DNA from: an uncultured Actinomycetes bacterium
GTDB lineage: Bacteria > Actinomycetota > Actinomycetes > S36-B12 > UBA10799
Assembly (NCBI GenBank): GCA_964547485.1
Contig: CAZJNU010000002.1
Location: 33,771 to 97,770 of the forward strand
DNA: 64,000 nt
Direction of reading: 5' to 3'
Position numbers and translations under genes: made by a program
Shown: positions 50,101-59,500 of the stretch, in pieces
Position numbering within the stretch: position 1 is the stretch's first letter
Layout of the letters: every line of letters starts with the position of its first letter
Notes under the pieces: model-generated
Told to the model about the DNA's origin: nothing
Seen by the model: only the letters and a program-made list of their open reading frames with translations
The model's database searches: none

Positions 50101-50515
50101 CCTGGTGGCCGACATCAACTGGCGGATGTACCTGGCGTCGGTCGTGGAGGCTAGCTCGATTCAGGGTGATCGCGGCGGCGCCGTCACCAACCCGAGGATT
50201 CGCGCCATCAAGCAGGCACAGAACTACAAGTGCGGCTACGCAAACTGGGACAGCTTCCCGGCAGTGCAGACTTGGCTTACCTCGAACTCGGTGGGGCCAC
50301 AGTTCAACCTCGCCTACCCGCAACCCATCACCAACACGACCACAGACCAGCAGCTCTGCCAGTCCGATGGTGACTATCCCAACGGCGACTTCGCCGCGGC
50401 CTGCGCCACGAACCTACCGCTGCTGAACTCCAACCCGGCCCAGCCGTGGGGATCCGGCTGGGGACAGTCCGCAGACCCGACGCCCAACTGGGGTGGCGGC
50501 TCGGGCTCCGGCTGA
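44168..50515 (+). CDS. Giant secreted protein 1 (2,115 aa): signal peptide, Arg-rich Ig/DUF11-like N-terminal third, then a long N/T/S/G/Q-rich region of unknown fold
   Basis: RBS GGAGGA is present. The signal peptide is MPAMVQRGVVRVLATCLATVVGATGAIGQAQSA. DUF11-like modules include ...GAGWNCPPGLAATRCTYRTPAFAPGDSAPSLELSYRV (nt 44810-45037) and ...SAVGWRCSTAGVCTRTG... (nt 45200-45463). A PKD/Ig-like pattern is YSFNWTQV...VAFTPPAVRRPTELNFQLVVKAAGAEVRRQVKVTV (nt 45680-45898). The reading frame is uninterrupted for 6.3 kb. Confidence 0.85.
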   Translation: MPAMVQRGVVRVLATCLATVVGATGAIGQAQSAIASTARSAELPEVPARLGSAKWGENAAGLGGGPAAHWRVSVTPGGTAIWGAEMTAGLHRVPAARLAFTGLPAGMSLATSGLPRTVAGSEVNKVTSCARSPERTICQLGAPLASGKFAVSAVAVTADRTVREGDYPISVALLDGDNATAGSTQFTVHIQRAVKDALFVHSGGQQLSALGARQDRRINVFNLGGSESRGAIQLSLGNVLPARIARNVSARGAGWNCPPGLAATRCTYRTPAFAPGDSAPSLELSYRVPPAATTGLKPLDSGHRFRWQMAVTGAARVQPTTHVETEHLLSKPTTTPTRPAKVVTGPGNMIVKVNHLGRSRLGGIGLYRIAVNNGGRQPVVGAQLRIQPPAHASILRFGSAVGWRCSTAGVCTRTGVIASHRAPPPIEVVLASNATSNRQASQRLAVVASWAGVRGTRSSNRVTATDSWDPLLQVSTAGSSARVHDRAAAGSKGMLVSSVAGLAKQKYSFNWTQVCPPRACARVAWDQTPHGTTPHPGNSVAFTPPAVRRPTELNFQLVVKAAGAEVRRQVKVTVFPFTPKVDARLGTTKWREPKFPGRADRSVRQGTVVQPGASLVINGAGRTFARPGDRVTLRVAVPGPAGNARDLRIAWRGHGEASSLLAGAKATDRGRQLTFILPRGLTRSVVLSAIAKTGNRTIAGGSEMIVPKLPRPKPATLSAATAKPTSPAGATSASKARNRTAAASPSTTAFCAMYTAARAANLPSVQFASANLTLGTVSVSGTTCTAAGATITFSGGQAQAGGIGLTQLAGTITASGLTVNSGVLQLPQDPAVPAGLTTIPFSSGTGGLAAFVIPFAGSTLGSLTGTISLSTLPYLPLPKGWALTNQAPQLSQLIVIPAPGGSGYAAQLTAYATGPDQGSAAVTGQVNTDGSFNLYVSGANMWPLTGSDGSTAVFSGAGTVSRAVGQGVAYDASMEMVTKHAAFPLYGGFSLQNASLTWTNSGLAANATGIAVIGGQNHNFSVTGQLTDFHNWSLTVQSSESIALTYLNLDNLGGSISMTKVGRNPSVLAIDVFGQAVIGPATLTKLGLTVNTATGHVGIYCNNVAQLPQNARDACQNKTLQLQLDVTGSATLFGKVLPIDATANANITDGSFNLQAAIQNTAFGPKTLNLSDITFFATDNAQNAPELVGNPCMSDPSLANRNNIFGFTATYNAGNGFTGTATGVYNTSFPDAADNTGYCLSAAVAQGQANTEIPGSMGSFSNDTTFIYSSYPTTVTINNTQTIVNPQQATVLGNFTLPAAVQNFLSTPQMDNVLAELTLGGATSSASLTASLPETSYIVGDATSATSLQMQSAGVVVGKVNGAWSFGVNLAAQLKTPGSPGTDPTSTTATVQNAVAPGTVPVSGSLMYAPSSGAITMSAEIGNGTVINDAFGFDGFDLEAFKVMASVGGEPKDDFVGVSANVLTPDNNSSTFGKITEDIGLQPNTDISFAFQLSETSPCYAIQIGNPNPAQQTLAISWFDVIEANFVQMYFAPNGCAVETTALPSSGYAFDFDGAILGTPTKINGEFSTGPGALFSGSLTINVGSFSLAGIDVQNTVIDLTFADYPTQKFDLQFSGGINIWGAIQIQASGDIDIEAGTAPGVGNAHAKVRLNATQNEDLFGIFTENIAFGFECDWEMPDNAAPYFGSLDMSLSASVKVLVFTGSASAWFDYGPMMVNGASQNIVTSMGASFSAGINLWIAGITANVTLCYVRPSNQQADCSQPIVPVSGTPVATGSDGELHVNVSGTLHWWLFGEHSETINILATTIPIHFANPQYAAPAPAQYAPPAAPQNTWPNPSWQYSTNMYLNVPWDPNELANAAGGSGAAVSVDPGHLADTLGVATDPTTVPAPVFDPQGTVTLGNSTDGSDSASTVTGNVPLPATPTYQQLVADYQQYVGPNLPANLKSQSHCAGSTSKSFSVEVPQWNGGHPVSASNASFLVADINWRMYLASVVEASSIQGDRGGAVTNPRIRAIKQAQNYKCGYANWDSFPAVQTWLTSNSVGPQFNLAYPQPITNTTTDQQLCQSDGDYPNGDFAAACATNLPLLNSNPAQPWGSGWGQSADPTPNWGGGSGSG

Positions 50516-50542
50516 GCCCGGCCGACAGACAGAGGATGCATC

Positions 50543-53500
50543 ATGACCAACCCCGCACCTGACATCCGACCCGCTAGCACGGGTCACCGCGATCGAACCC
50601 AGCTGCGCCGAATGTCGCCCGTCCTCGGGCTGACCGCAGCGGCTGCGCTGATCTTCGCGCCACTGACGTCGGCCTCAGCTGCAACTCCCCCGCCGGCACC
50701 GTCGCCGTCGGCAACTGGTCCGGCCGCACGGCCGGACCAGGATACGGTCGCCACCCGGACTACTTCACCCGCCGCCAGCCCTACCACCACCACGCCACCA
50801 CCAAAGCCCGCAGCACCGAAGCCCCCCGCCAAACCCACCCCAAGGACGCCGACCGGGCCCGTCCCGCCGTCGCGGGTCGGCGCTCGCGGGGAGGTGACCG
50901 CGCCTGCCACGGCTGGAATCCGCGTCACAGATATCAAGTTGGTCGGCAACGGTCGCGCCATCTCTGCGATTGTCCGCTGGAACCGCGCGCTGATCGCGCT
51001 GCCCGGCAACCACGACCAGTTCCGGATCCGGCTGACAGGATTCCCGGCCAACTCCAATCGACCGGTGACCTTCGGGCAACTGGCTTTTAACCGGGTCCCG
51101 GCCGCCGTTCAACGCGTGACACTACCGCTCACGCCGGTGAAACTGCGGCAACTCCGTGCCGCCGCGGACGTTGTCCTGAGCGCCTCCCAGCACTACGACG
51201 GGCCTGATCGGAACGCATCCTTCGAACGCACCCACGTCGCCACCACCCACCTCAACACCCTGCTGCGCCCCCGGCCCCGGTCAGCCGGGGTTGGCGGCCG
51301 AATCACCGCAACCGCAGCCCTGGCGCTGCGTGACTGTACCGGGGTGCTGATCGGCCCTGGCGCGGATCTGCGGAGATGCGATCTGCGAGGTGCGCAACTA
51401 CAGGGCGTCAACCTCACGAACGCGCTACTGCAACGGGCGGACTTCATCGGCACCAACCTTTCCGGCGCGGTGTTCACCGGAGCGCAAGTCAACGGCGCGT
51501 TCTTCGGTGGCGCCACCGGGGTCAACCTGGCCGGGGCGATCGGTATCCCGGCGGCCGCCGGGGCCACCCCGGCCAACCCGAACCCGTCGCCGGCGGGCCC
51601 CCGGGTGACCTCGATATCGCCACCGTCGGGTCCTGTGGCCGGCGGCACGACCGTGACCATCGTCGGCACCGGGTTCGTTCCGGGCGCCAGCGTCACCGTC
51701 GGCGGGGTACCCTGCTCAGACTCCGCATGGAAGAATCCGACCACCTTGAGATGCACGACCGGAGCCCACGCTCTCGGGGCCGCCGACGTCGTCGTCACCA
51801 ACCCGTCAAACGCCGAAACCGGCACCCTGAGTGCCGGTTTCACCTACACCAAGGGTGCACACCTGTTCTGGGCCGGCGCGCTGGGCGACTCAGCCTGGCT
51901 CGGCCGCGCGGACATCGAAGGGTCGAACCCGAACAACTCCTTCGTCAACGTCAACCCGAACGGCGGTTCCTGGGCGCAGGACGTGGCCACCGACGGGACC
52001 TACCTCTACTGGGCCGACATGAACGGCAACCAAATCGGCCGGTCAAATCTGGATGGTAGCGGTGTCAATTCCGGTTTCATCACCGGCCTCTACCAACCGA
52101 CAGGTGTAGCTGTCCAGGACGGGCAGATCTTCTGGGCCACCAGTGGCGCTATCGGGGTGGCGAACCTCGACGGCAGCAACGTCAACCAGGGTCTGGTCCA
52201 GACCAACACCGACGTCCAGAATGTGAACGGCGGTTGGGACGTTGCGGTGGACGACCAATTCGTCTACTGGACCAACAACCAGGACAGCAACGAGAACGCG
52301 AACGCCGGGACTACGATCGGTCGCGCCAACCTCGACGGAAGTAACGCCAACCCCAACTTCATCAACAACGCATTCGGTCCTCGCGGCCTGGCCGTCGACG
52401 GCGGTCATCTGTACTGGACCAACACCGCCGATCCCAATGTCAACGGACAGAGCCAATTCAGCATCGGACTCGCGAACCTCGACGGCAGCAACGCCAACGC
52501 GACCTGGTTGACAGGTATGCCGTCGGTGCAGGCGATGACGGTCGACGGCGGGTACGTCTACTGGGTGGACGTAGTCAGCAACTCGATCGGCCGAGCGGCC
52601 ACCGACGGATCCGGGATCAACACGACCTGGCTCGCTGCGGTCCAGAACCTGCAGGGTGTCGGCACCGACCTCACCCCTTTCCCGAAATCGCTGTCGACAA
52701 CCAGCGGATCCGAGGCTGGCGGCACCGAGGTGACCATCGCCGGCTTCGGATTCGACCCAGCGGCCACCGTCACCATCGGCGGAGTGGACTGCCCCCGCTA
52801 CACCGGCAGTTGGACAACCATCACCTGCGTCACTGGCGCGGCCCCGGCCGGTGCCGCCGACGTCGTGGTGACGAACCCGCGCTCGCAGGCCGGGCTCCTA
52901 CCCCAGGCATTCACCTTCCAGTCGGGGCCGCCACCAACGCTGAGTATCAGCGGTATCACCCCGGTCAGCGGGTCGGCACTCGGCGGCACTCCGGTCACCA
53001 TCTCCGGCGCCGGGTTCCTGCCCGGAACCACCATCTCCGTCGGCGGGTCAGCATGTCGCAATCCGATAGTCTCCTCGGCCAGCCAGCTGACCTGCGTCAC
53101 CTCCGCGCACCAACCGGGGCCTGCCGACGTGGTGGTGACCAACCCACAGGGACCCGGCCCCGCAGGTACCGCAAACCTGGCCGCCGGCTACACCTTCGTG
53201 CAGTCTCCACCGACGGTGACCCAGATCAGCCCTGCGGCAGGAAATGTGGCCGGTGGTACCCAAGTCATCGTCACCGGTACCCATTTCGCCCCACAAGCCA
53301 CGGTGACCATCGGCGGCGTCCCGTGTGCCCGGTTGGTGGTGGTCGCGCTGACCTCGCTGACCTGCAGCACCGGCGCCCACGCGACGGGACCGGCTGACGT
53401 TGTGGTGACCAACCCGGACGGCTCGACCGGGACATTGCCGGCCGGCTTCAGCTACAACTACGCGCCGCCGGTGGTCCAATCGATCAGTCCAACCGCAGTG

Positions 53501-56500
53501 CTGAGCACCGGCGGCGTGCCGTTGACCATCACCGGAAACGGCTTCCTGCAGGGGGCCACCGTCGCACTGAACTACAACAACGGCACTGGCGGTCCCAACC
53601 GGACAGGCGACTGCGCCATCACCCAAATCGCCTCGGCTTCGATCACTTGCACGATGGCTCCCAACTTCGGCGTCGGGGTGCAGGCAGACGTAGTCGTCAC
53701 GAACCCGAACGGTAAGCAGACCACGTTGAGCCAGGCGCTGACCCTCAACCCGAATACGACACCCACCATCACCGCCGTGCAGCCGAATTCCGGTCCCGTC
53801 ACCGGCGATACGCCTGTCACCGTGACTGGTTCCGGTTTCTACGGCAATTCCGAATCGACTGGCCTCACCGTCTCGATTGCCGGTCAACCCTGCACGATCA
53901 CCGGGGCAGTCCAGGCCGACACGCTCACCTGCACGACCGGCAGCAACAACTTCAACTCCGCCACGGGTGGTCCGGGACCATTCGACGTCTCAGTCGCCAC
54001 GACGTTTCAGTTCGCATCCGGCAGTCAGGCGACCGGAAACGCAACCTTGCCTGCCGGATACACCTACCTGAATACTCCGCTGCTCACCTCCGTCTCCCCC
54101 GCAGTCGGGTGGACGATGGGCGGTTCGCAGCTAACCCTTACCGGCGCCGCGATCGTCGACGGCGCAACAATCACGGTCGGAGGAATACCCTGCACCGACC
54201 CGACGGACGTCTCGCCCCAGGCAGATCCTGACGCCGCAATTGCGAGCGTCTGGACTTGTGTCACCGGCGGCCACGGGCCGGGCCCGGTTGATGTCGTGGT
54301 TACCAATCCCGACGGCATCACGTCCACCCTTCCGGGTGGGTATGGCTACCAGGACCCGGATGTCCAGCTGACAGGTATCAGTCCCGCCACTGGGTCAACC
54401 TTGGGCGGGACGCCGGTGACCATCAGCGGATCCGATCTGGTCGACGGCAGAGCGGGCTCCTCGGTAAAGGTGGGAGGGTCCCCCTGTGTGAATGCAACCT
54501 GGTCGGGGAACTCCATCACCTGCACCACCACCGGCCCGCAACCGGCAGGACCGGTCGATGTCTCGGTGAACGATGCCAGCGGACGGTCGGACACCCTGCC
54601 TCAGTCCTTCACCTTCGCTGAGGTTGCACCGCAGGTCCTGACCACGTCGCCGAACCAGGGCTCGGTGACCGGCGGCACAACTGTGACCGTGGCCGGCACT
54701 GGCTTCGAGCAGGGCGCGATCGTCACCGTCGGCGGCTACACCTGTGACGTCGGGGCAATCACGGCGCAGTCGCTGACCTGCGCCACCCATGCACATCCGG
54801 CTGGCACCGTCGACGTGACGGTGACCAATCCGAGCGGCCTGTTCGGGACCCTGACAGACGGTTTCACTTTCGCCATGCAGGTAACGGGGATGAACCCAAG
54901 TTCGGTCTCCACCCTGGGCGGCGCGCCACTGCAACTCACCGGGGGCGGGTTCGCCCAGGGCGCAACAGTCAGCATCGGTGGCCAGAGTTGCGAGGACCCT
55001 GCGATCACACCCACCGCCATCAGTTGCACCACGCCCGGCCTGGCCGTCGGTCAGTACCCCGTGGTGGTGACCAACACCAACGGACAGACTTCGCAGTGGT
55101 CCTCACCACTGGCGGCAGCCATCCCGACCCCGACAGTCACCGGAGTCTCGCCGCCCAGTGGATCCAACCTCGGCGGCGCAACCGTCACCGTGGCCGGCAC
55201 CGGCTTCTACGACGCAACCACGGTCCAAATCGGCGGCTCGGACTGCGCCAACGTCGAGATCAGCAACCAAACTTCCCTGACCTGCCAGACGACCGGGTAC
55301 CACCCCACCGGGACAGTGGACGTCGTGGTCACCAATCCGGGCAATCCCAGTGGAACCCTGGCTGGCAGCTACAGCTTCCTCGCGGCCACCCCCAACGTCG
55401 TGTCGGTGAGTCCGACGTCAGGTGCGGTTGCCGGGTCCACCCAAGTCACGATCACAGGGACGAACTTCGATCCAGCCGCAACCGCCACCATCGGCGGCGC
55501 CCAATGTGCCAATCCCAGCGTCAGCGCCGACTTCAGCCAACTGAGTTGCAGCACCGGCGTCAGCGAAGCTGCCGGGCCAGCGGACGTGGTGGTCACCAAT
55601 CCCACCTGGAAATCCGACACCGGCAGCGGCCTGTACACGTTCACCGCCAATCGACATCTCTTCTATGGCAACGTCGGTTCCGTGCCCTACTACGGTGGCG
55701 GCACGATCGGGAACCTCGGCCGGGCCAAACTGGACGGCAGCGAAGCGGACCCGAACTACATAGACGTCAATCCCGGCGTCACCGACCCCACCCAGCAAGT
55801 AGAGGACAGCAACCCGGTGGCCAGCGGTGGATTCGTGTATTACATCACCGGAAACGGATCAGTCGGTCGGGTAGGTCTGGACGGTTCTGACCTCAACAAC
55901 AACTGGATTTCGGGCGCTACCTACCCGGGGGTGGAATCTCAACTGGCGTTGGACGCCCAGTACATCTACGTCACGAACCAGAACAACGGCAACGGCGCGA
56001 TCGGACGGTTCAACCTAACCGACGGCAGCCAGGCGGGATTTGGCTCGACGACGGGGGACCAGTTCATCTCCGGGCTTAATACCCCGAGCGCAGTGGCCGT
56101 CAGTGGCGGCGCCATCTACTGGGGTGACTCCGGCACCGGGCAGATCGGCTCCGCGCTGTTGCCGGCAGCCGATGACACCAGCAACGGACCCGGTAGCATT
56201 AGCACGTCCCTGTTCACAGTCTTTTCGCCTGACTCGACTCAAGCCGAATTCACTGCGATGGCTGTCGGCTGGGTGAGTGAGTTGAACACCGATGGTGGCC
56301 TCTACTGGTCGCTGTCCACCATGACCGGCACGAACTCCTCGACGGCGTCTATCGGGATTGCCCCGATCACCCCGGGCAGCCCCGGCACGATCTTCACCGT
56401 CATCACCAACACTTCCTTGATCAGCGGACTCGGCATGGCAAACGGCCTCGCCGCCGACGGGCAGTACCTCTACTGGACCGGCACGAACAACGTCGAGCGC

Positions 56501-59500
56501 GCCGATTTGTCCAGTGGCAGCCTCTTCAACGACAATCTTCCGCTGACCGTTGACCGGAACTTCATCACCAACACCGTCAGCCCGGACGGCGTCGCCGTCG
56601 TACCCGAACCGTCGGCGGCGGATACGCCTGCTATCAGCCAATTCTCGGCGAACTCGCCGCAGGTGGGACCGGCCACCGGCGGTACCGTGGTCACGTTGCA
56701 GGGCTCCGGCTTCCTCGCAAACTCACGGATCACGTTCGGCGGACTGCCGTGCCCCCTGCTGACCACGGCGACCAATACCGCCACCTCGCTGACCTGCGTG
56801 ACACCAGCTCATCCGGCCGGCAGCGTCGATGTTGTGGTGGCCAACCTGAACGGTCAAACCACCGTGGTGTCTAGCGGCTTCAACTATCTCGCCGCCTCCT
56901 ATCTCTACTGGGTGGATACCAGCACCGGATCGGCCACCATCGCACGATCCAACCTCGATGGCACCGGCATCAATCCGACGTTTGCAGCAGCGGATTGTGG
57001 CGGCGCTCCGAACTGTACAACCGTGCCTGGGATGGCCCCATCCTCGCTGGCGGTCGACGACAACAACGTCTACTGGATTAATGCTGCGCCCGGTGACGAT
57101 TCGACAGCCGCCTCCATCGGCAGCATCGGGCTGGACGGATCCAACCCGAACAACAACTTGATCCCGAACGTGGACAATTCAAGCCTCGATGGCGGCGTCA
57201 TCGCCGCCGGCGGCGGACGCATCTACTGGATCAACTGCAACGATCCAGAGGACTTCGCCTGCACCCAGACCATCGGCGCAGCCGATATGGACGGCAAGAA
57301 CGTCAACTACTCCTTCATCCAGACCACCGGGGTCGCCGGCGGGATCACATCATTGGCCGCCGATAGTTCCGGCATCTACTGGGCCGATGGTGATGGGACC
57401 GGCCAGGTGATGTGGGCCGACCTCAACGGCCAGAACATAAATGCCACCTACTTGCCAGCCAATGTCACCGCCTACTCAGACACCACCTACGACGATTCCG
57501 GGGGTGAGATCGACCACGACGTCATGACCAAGCACGTGTCCATCTCCAACGGCCAGATCTACTGGGCCGGCTCAGGAATTGAAAACACCTATCTGGGTTC
57601 AGCGACTATCGGAGCCTCCGGCCCGACCAATATCGTGTATCCACTGCAGACGTTCGCCGACGGGGGCACCGCCCAGTTGACCGCCAATGCCCAACGGCTG
57701 TACTGGTGGAGTCCGAACCAGAACGGCGGCAACAGCACCGGCATGTCCACCATCGGCGGCGTCACCATCAATCCCAGCATCATGACCGATACTGGTGCCC
57801 CGGTGGTTTCACCGTCCGCGTTGTCGGCTCCCCCGCAAGTCACGACCGTCTCGCCGGTTGGCGGCTCCACTCTCGGTGGCACGTTGGTGACGATTTCGGG
57901 TACCGGTTTCCAACAGGCGACTAACACGGTGACCATCGGCGGTGTGCCATGCGCCAACGTGACGCCCAGTTCACCGACCTCGCTGACCTGCACCACCGGC
58001 GTCCACACCGCCGGGCCCATCGACTATGGCCCCGCCGACGTGACCGTCACCAACCCGGACACCCAATCCGGCACCCTCACAGGGGGGTACGACTACTCTC
58101 CCCCCACCCCCACGATCGGCGCCGTCAACCCCGGCAGTGCGCTGTTCCTGGGAGGTCAACAGATCGCGATCAACGGTGCCGGCTTCGACTCAAACCTGAC
58201 CGTGATGCTCGGGAACACACCGTGCTCGATCGCCCCTGGAAACGTCACCCCCACGACGATCACCTGTACCCCCGGTAACAACCAGGTCGAGCAGGTCGTG
58301 GACGTGGTCGTGAATAACGGAGACGGCAAACTGGCCACGAAGGCCCGTGGGTTCACCTTCGCTGGCTACGCCCCTACGGCCGACCCCCAGAGCCCATTGA
58401 CGCCGACCACGGCTCCACTCAACGGCGGAACCATCCTGACGATCACAGGTGGCTACTTCGATCAGAACGCGCAGATTACTGTCGGCGGCTCTCCATGCCC
58501 GCAGATCAGCGGCGGCTCCGGCCAAGGCAGCCCCCAATCCACCCTCCTGTGTCAACTACCCGCGGGCACTGCCGTCGGTCCCGCCACGGTTGTGGTCGCA
58601 AACCCGGACGGCCAGCGCATCAGCCTGCCGGGGGCCGACTCCACCGCCACCTTCAGTTACGGGCCGCCGAACCCATCGATCAGCAGCGTCACAACGGCTG
58701 CCGGGGAGAGTTTCGGCTCGACTGGCGGTAACTACCGGGTGACGGTTGCCGGGACCTCGTTCGGACAGAACCCAAGTGTCATGGTCGGAGCGCAACCATG
58801 CGTGAACCCTGTGCTGGCCGGAAGTACAGTCAGCTGCCGGGTTCGGCCACACTCCGCGGGGCCGGTCGATGTCGTCGTCACCCGAGCCGACGGCCAGTCC
58901 GCGGTCCTGACAAGGGGCTTCACGTTCGTGGTAGAAACCCCGACCCTGACCTCGATAAGCCCAGCAGCCGGTAGTTCAACCGGGGGTACACCGGTGACGG
59001 TCAGCGGAACCGGTTTCGACCCCGCCGCCACAGTCTCACTCGGAGGGGCAATCTGTGGACAGGTACAGATCGGTGGGCAGGCGTCCCTCAGTTGCGTCAC
59101 TGGCGGGGACATGGTCGGCCCAGCCGACCTGGTGGTGACCAACCCGGGCGGCCTCAGTGCGACGCTACCGGGCGCGTTCACCTACGGAGGTTGGGGTCCA
59201 GGCCCCTCCCCACAACCGCTGAGCATCACACCGAGTACCGGCACCCCGGGCGGGGGTGAGTCAGTGGCGATCTCGGGCAATTTCCTCGGGGTCGTGCCAA
59301 CCGACGTCACCGTCACGATTGGTGGGGTGGGCTGTCAGGTGACTACGACGACCGGATCCAGCCTGAACTGCACCACCGGTCCCCATCCGCTCGGTGTCGG
59401 CGACGTCGTAGTCACGGCCGTGGCCAACCTGGCAACCGGAACCCTTCCGCAAAGCTTCACCTACGCCACCGTCGTCCCTCCCACTGTGACCTCTATCTCC

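Noticed and set aside
46412-50512. High density of N-x-S/T sequons in giant protein 1 as a hint of N-glycosylation
   Set aside because: This is expected by chance in a region this rich in Asn, Ser and Thr. No oligosaccharyltransferase gene is nearby.
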